A DNA stretch of 64,000 nucleotides from Epiperipatus broadwayi (Eukaryota > Animalia > Onychophora): NCBI GenBank assembly GCA_028023455.1, contig JAQFVV010000002.1, forward strand, positions 27,962,001-28,026,000, written 5' to 3'. Below the pieces are notes generated by a model, which was not told the DNA's origin, searched no databases, and saw nothing but the letters and a program-made list of their open reading frames with translations. Of this stretch, positions 61,434 through 64,000 are shown one piece after another. How positions within the stretch are numbered: position 1 is the first letter of the stretch; every line of letters begins with the position of its first letter. Both the position numbers and the translations under genes were made by a program.

Positions 61434-64000
61434 TTTTTTTTTTTATTAAGAAAAAATTTAGTGTCAGGTAGCTATATTTGATAATTATAATAGTTTCATA
61501 TAGAAGTTAAAGTTTTGCAATCAATCTGTGTGGTATTGTCATAACATTTACTGCAGTAGTCTGAGATGTCATCTCATCATCACAAATGATAATCTGTGCC
61601 CAAATGTCTATAAAGAGATGCTCTGGCACAAGGAATCGATCTCTGTTCTTCATGCTTGTTATTATTGTTTTAAAAGTTCTCCAAGGATGACTATGTCCTT
61701 GTCTGAAGGTATGCTGGCACCTGGTGATCCATAAGGCATGTAGTAGGCATGCCGCTAGCCTGATAGTTGCATAGTTTCCTTCTTTAATTGCCCGATCAAT
61801 TGACAGGACATTGCCACAGCCAGAGGAAATGCTTGCGATAATTTTGTTTCTAGTGCAACTCAGGTATGAGCAGGCATAGAAGATGTGCTCCAGTGCTTCT
61901 TCATGCATATTACAGAGTTTACACATGGGGCTTAATTGACAAAATCCTCTTTGCATCACCAAAAAGTGACTGGTGGGCAAGGAGGACAAGTTAAACTTGA
62001 TTATAAAATTGACCAGCTTTGGTCCTATCCACTAGTGTCTTGACTTCCTGAGCATTTGTTTTACAGACAGTCTTAATCGGGTAGATAGCGGGTTTTGATT
62101 TGGGAAAAGGATTTTGTACACTTCCCAATATGTTTGCTTACCTTTCTCTAATTGCTCGGAAACTGAAAATATTCCCCAGTTGTTCTTGTAGTTCTTTGAC
62201 CCATTTACTGGGTATGGCTGGTGGTATATCTGTGGGCTCCACAGTGTCTTCACCCTGATCCTTTTCTTTTTTATTGTGGATTTTCCTGAGCACTGAAAGA
62301 GCTCTTTGAACAAAAAACACCTTGACGGCATGGAGACCAAGTCCATTCAGGTCACGTGGTCTCTGCACTTTGGCCAGACTGATGCATAGTTTTTCTCTTC
62401 CACATCATCTTGGTGCAGGCTGAATTTATAGCATCCTGAAAACCCTTGGTCGGTTTGAAGATGGGCAGGTAGTAGTTTATACGCGGAAACACCATCATAT
62501 TTAACAATGCCACCTTGCCTGGGAGTGAGAGGGAGATCATTGAGAGTTTGTTACCTTCTTGGTTTTGTCCAAAAGATCCTGTTGGATGGCCCTCCTCATC
62601 GCTGTTTTGGAGAGGGCAATTGGGAATCCAAGGAATTTCTGTGGATTTCCTGTATATCTTGATGGTACTGTATCACCCCTACTGATTTTCCAGACAACAA
62701 ATTTGTCTGGGTTGATGGCCAGATTGAATCTTTCAGCAAATCTGTCCAGCAGTTGGTATAGACTTGGCAGGTATTTCTCAGAAGGGAGGAAAATGGTAAC
62801 ATCATCCACATTATGAAATGTGGTGGAGTTCCTCCTTTAGTGCTGGCATAAAGACTCCTGGTAGTTCTTTTTCCACATCTTCTAGTAGGGGATTCAGGTA
62901 GGTAATGAAACAAAGGGTGCTTAGTGGGGACCCCTGGGGCATTGATAGATGTGGTCTGAAACCAGGGGCCAGGGAACCATCAAGTGATGTGTGAATTGAC
63001 CTGTTTAGCAACAAGTTAGCAATGATTTTAACATAGACAATAGGTACTCCATAGTGCCTTAATAAGGATAGTAGTTTTGCTGGCATCACGGAGTCAAAGG
63101 CAGCCGCAAAGTCTATCTGAACAGCAACAGGCCCTGATTTTCGATGTGATCTTACATGCTCCACCAGCAGCACAAAGCGCTGCACCGCCTCAATGGTGGA
63201 TGAGCCTTTGTGTGCAAACTGGTGAACAGAGATCCTGGTAAGTAATTGCTGCTGGATCCTATCCTTAACCAATGATTCAATTGATTTGATGATTAGTGGG
63301 GACATTGAGATAGGTCTAATGTTAGATAAACTGGATGGATTGGTGAATTTTTTCATGTATAGTACAAGAGCAATTGGATACAGGTCAGGAACACTTTGAA
63401 AGTCCCCGGCCAGCATATCAACCACTCTCCGTACTATCGGAGCTGTGAAATGGCTAAGGTGCAACAATACAAATCGGGGAATGCCATGTAAACCAGGATG
63501 GACATGTTCAGGATAGGATTGAAGCTTCTGGATGATTTGTTCCTCTGTTATATTGTGTTCACCAACTTCTTGTTTATCATCCCAGATGTTACTGATGTCA
63601 AACTTTTGACTTTGGAGTTTTCTCTTGAAGTGCTCATGGATCTTATCTAGCATTGCAGCCCCAGAGTAGTTATGGGTGTCTATGATGATTAATGATGGGG
63701 TAGGTCTTTTTGCAGCACCAATGGCCCATCTCAGGTAGCTCCGCGTCCAATTTTGTTGTGTTGCCAAATAGATCTTGGCCCTTTTTGTCGCAACATATTG
63801 TGCAAGCACCCTCTGTTTCTCCCTATACTGTTTCTTTAATAACATGATCTCCCCAATTCCAGCAACAATTGATGATAATTCACTGACTCTCTTGCCAATG
63901 AAATCCAGCTCCCCGAGCAACCTGTTTGGACCTTTGGTTTTTCGGGTGAAATTGTTTATAAGGGAACTAAGTACCCCTACAAAGACTGAAAAAGCCTCAA
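61434..64000 (-). mobile_element. L1/Tx1-clade non-LTR retrotransposon (RT plus C-terminal zinc finger), 5' part beyond window, frameshifted
   Basis: NIRPISM, QIDFAAAFDSV, MPQGSPLS, (Y)VDD, LSLPGKVALLN, PRDLNGLG and CKLC..EALEHIFYAC motifs. Frame is open to the window edge. AATAAA plus A11 tail at 61434-61447. Four frameshifts and one in-frame TAG. Confidence 0.93.

Noticed and set aside
1-64000. CRISPR arrays, rRNA genes or prokaryotic operons
   Set aside because: No regularly spaced repeat-spacer array and no rRNA-like sequence; spliceosomal introns and eukaryotic TEs dominate.

Overview
AT-rich eukaryotic DNA, probably arthropod (inferred from the repeat types and a tRNA-Gly-derived SINE). 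One host gene is recognisable: the last three coding exons of a cornichon-4 (CNIH4) orthologue on the minus strand (51776-51664, 18936-18796, 14971-14929; spliced 98 aa WVLPEII...[10 protein letters not shown]...MIVSLITVEEDSS*). The ORF track misses these exons. Exons 1-2 were not found and probably lie beyond base 64000, so 14972-64000 is almost entirely intron, including a ~32.7 kb intron. The rest is repeat: a mariner fossil with TIRs, hAT MITEs and a hAT transposase fragment, RTE and other LINE 3' ends, seven tRNA-Gly SINEs, a degenerate Penelope-like element (PLE; RT + GIY-YIG) and a GC-richer L1/Tx1 element running off the right edge. The main signal is more than 20 fold-back (inverted-repeat) insertions and about 20 minimal type I hammerhead ribozyme (HHR) motifs. 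They belong to several short non-coding families with ~340-480 nt terminally redundant monomers. They look like non-autonomous, PLE-mobilised or retrozyme-like elements, and many sit inside the CNIH4 pre-mRNA. One family (A) has the same architecture and conserved hairpins but no recognisable HHR. All calls were read by eye; no searches or folding programs were run.
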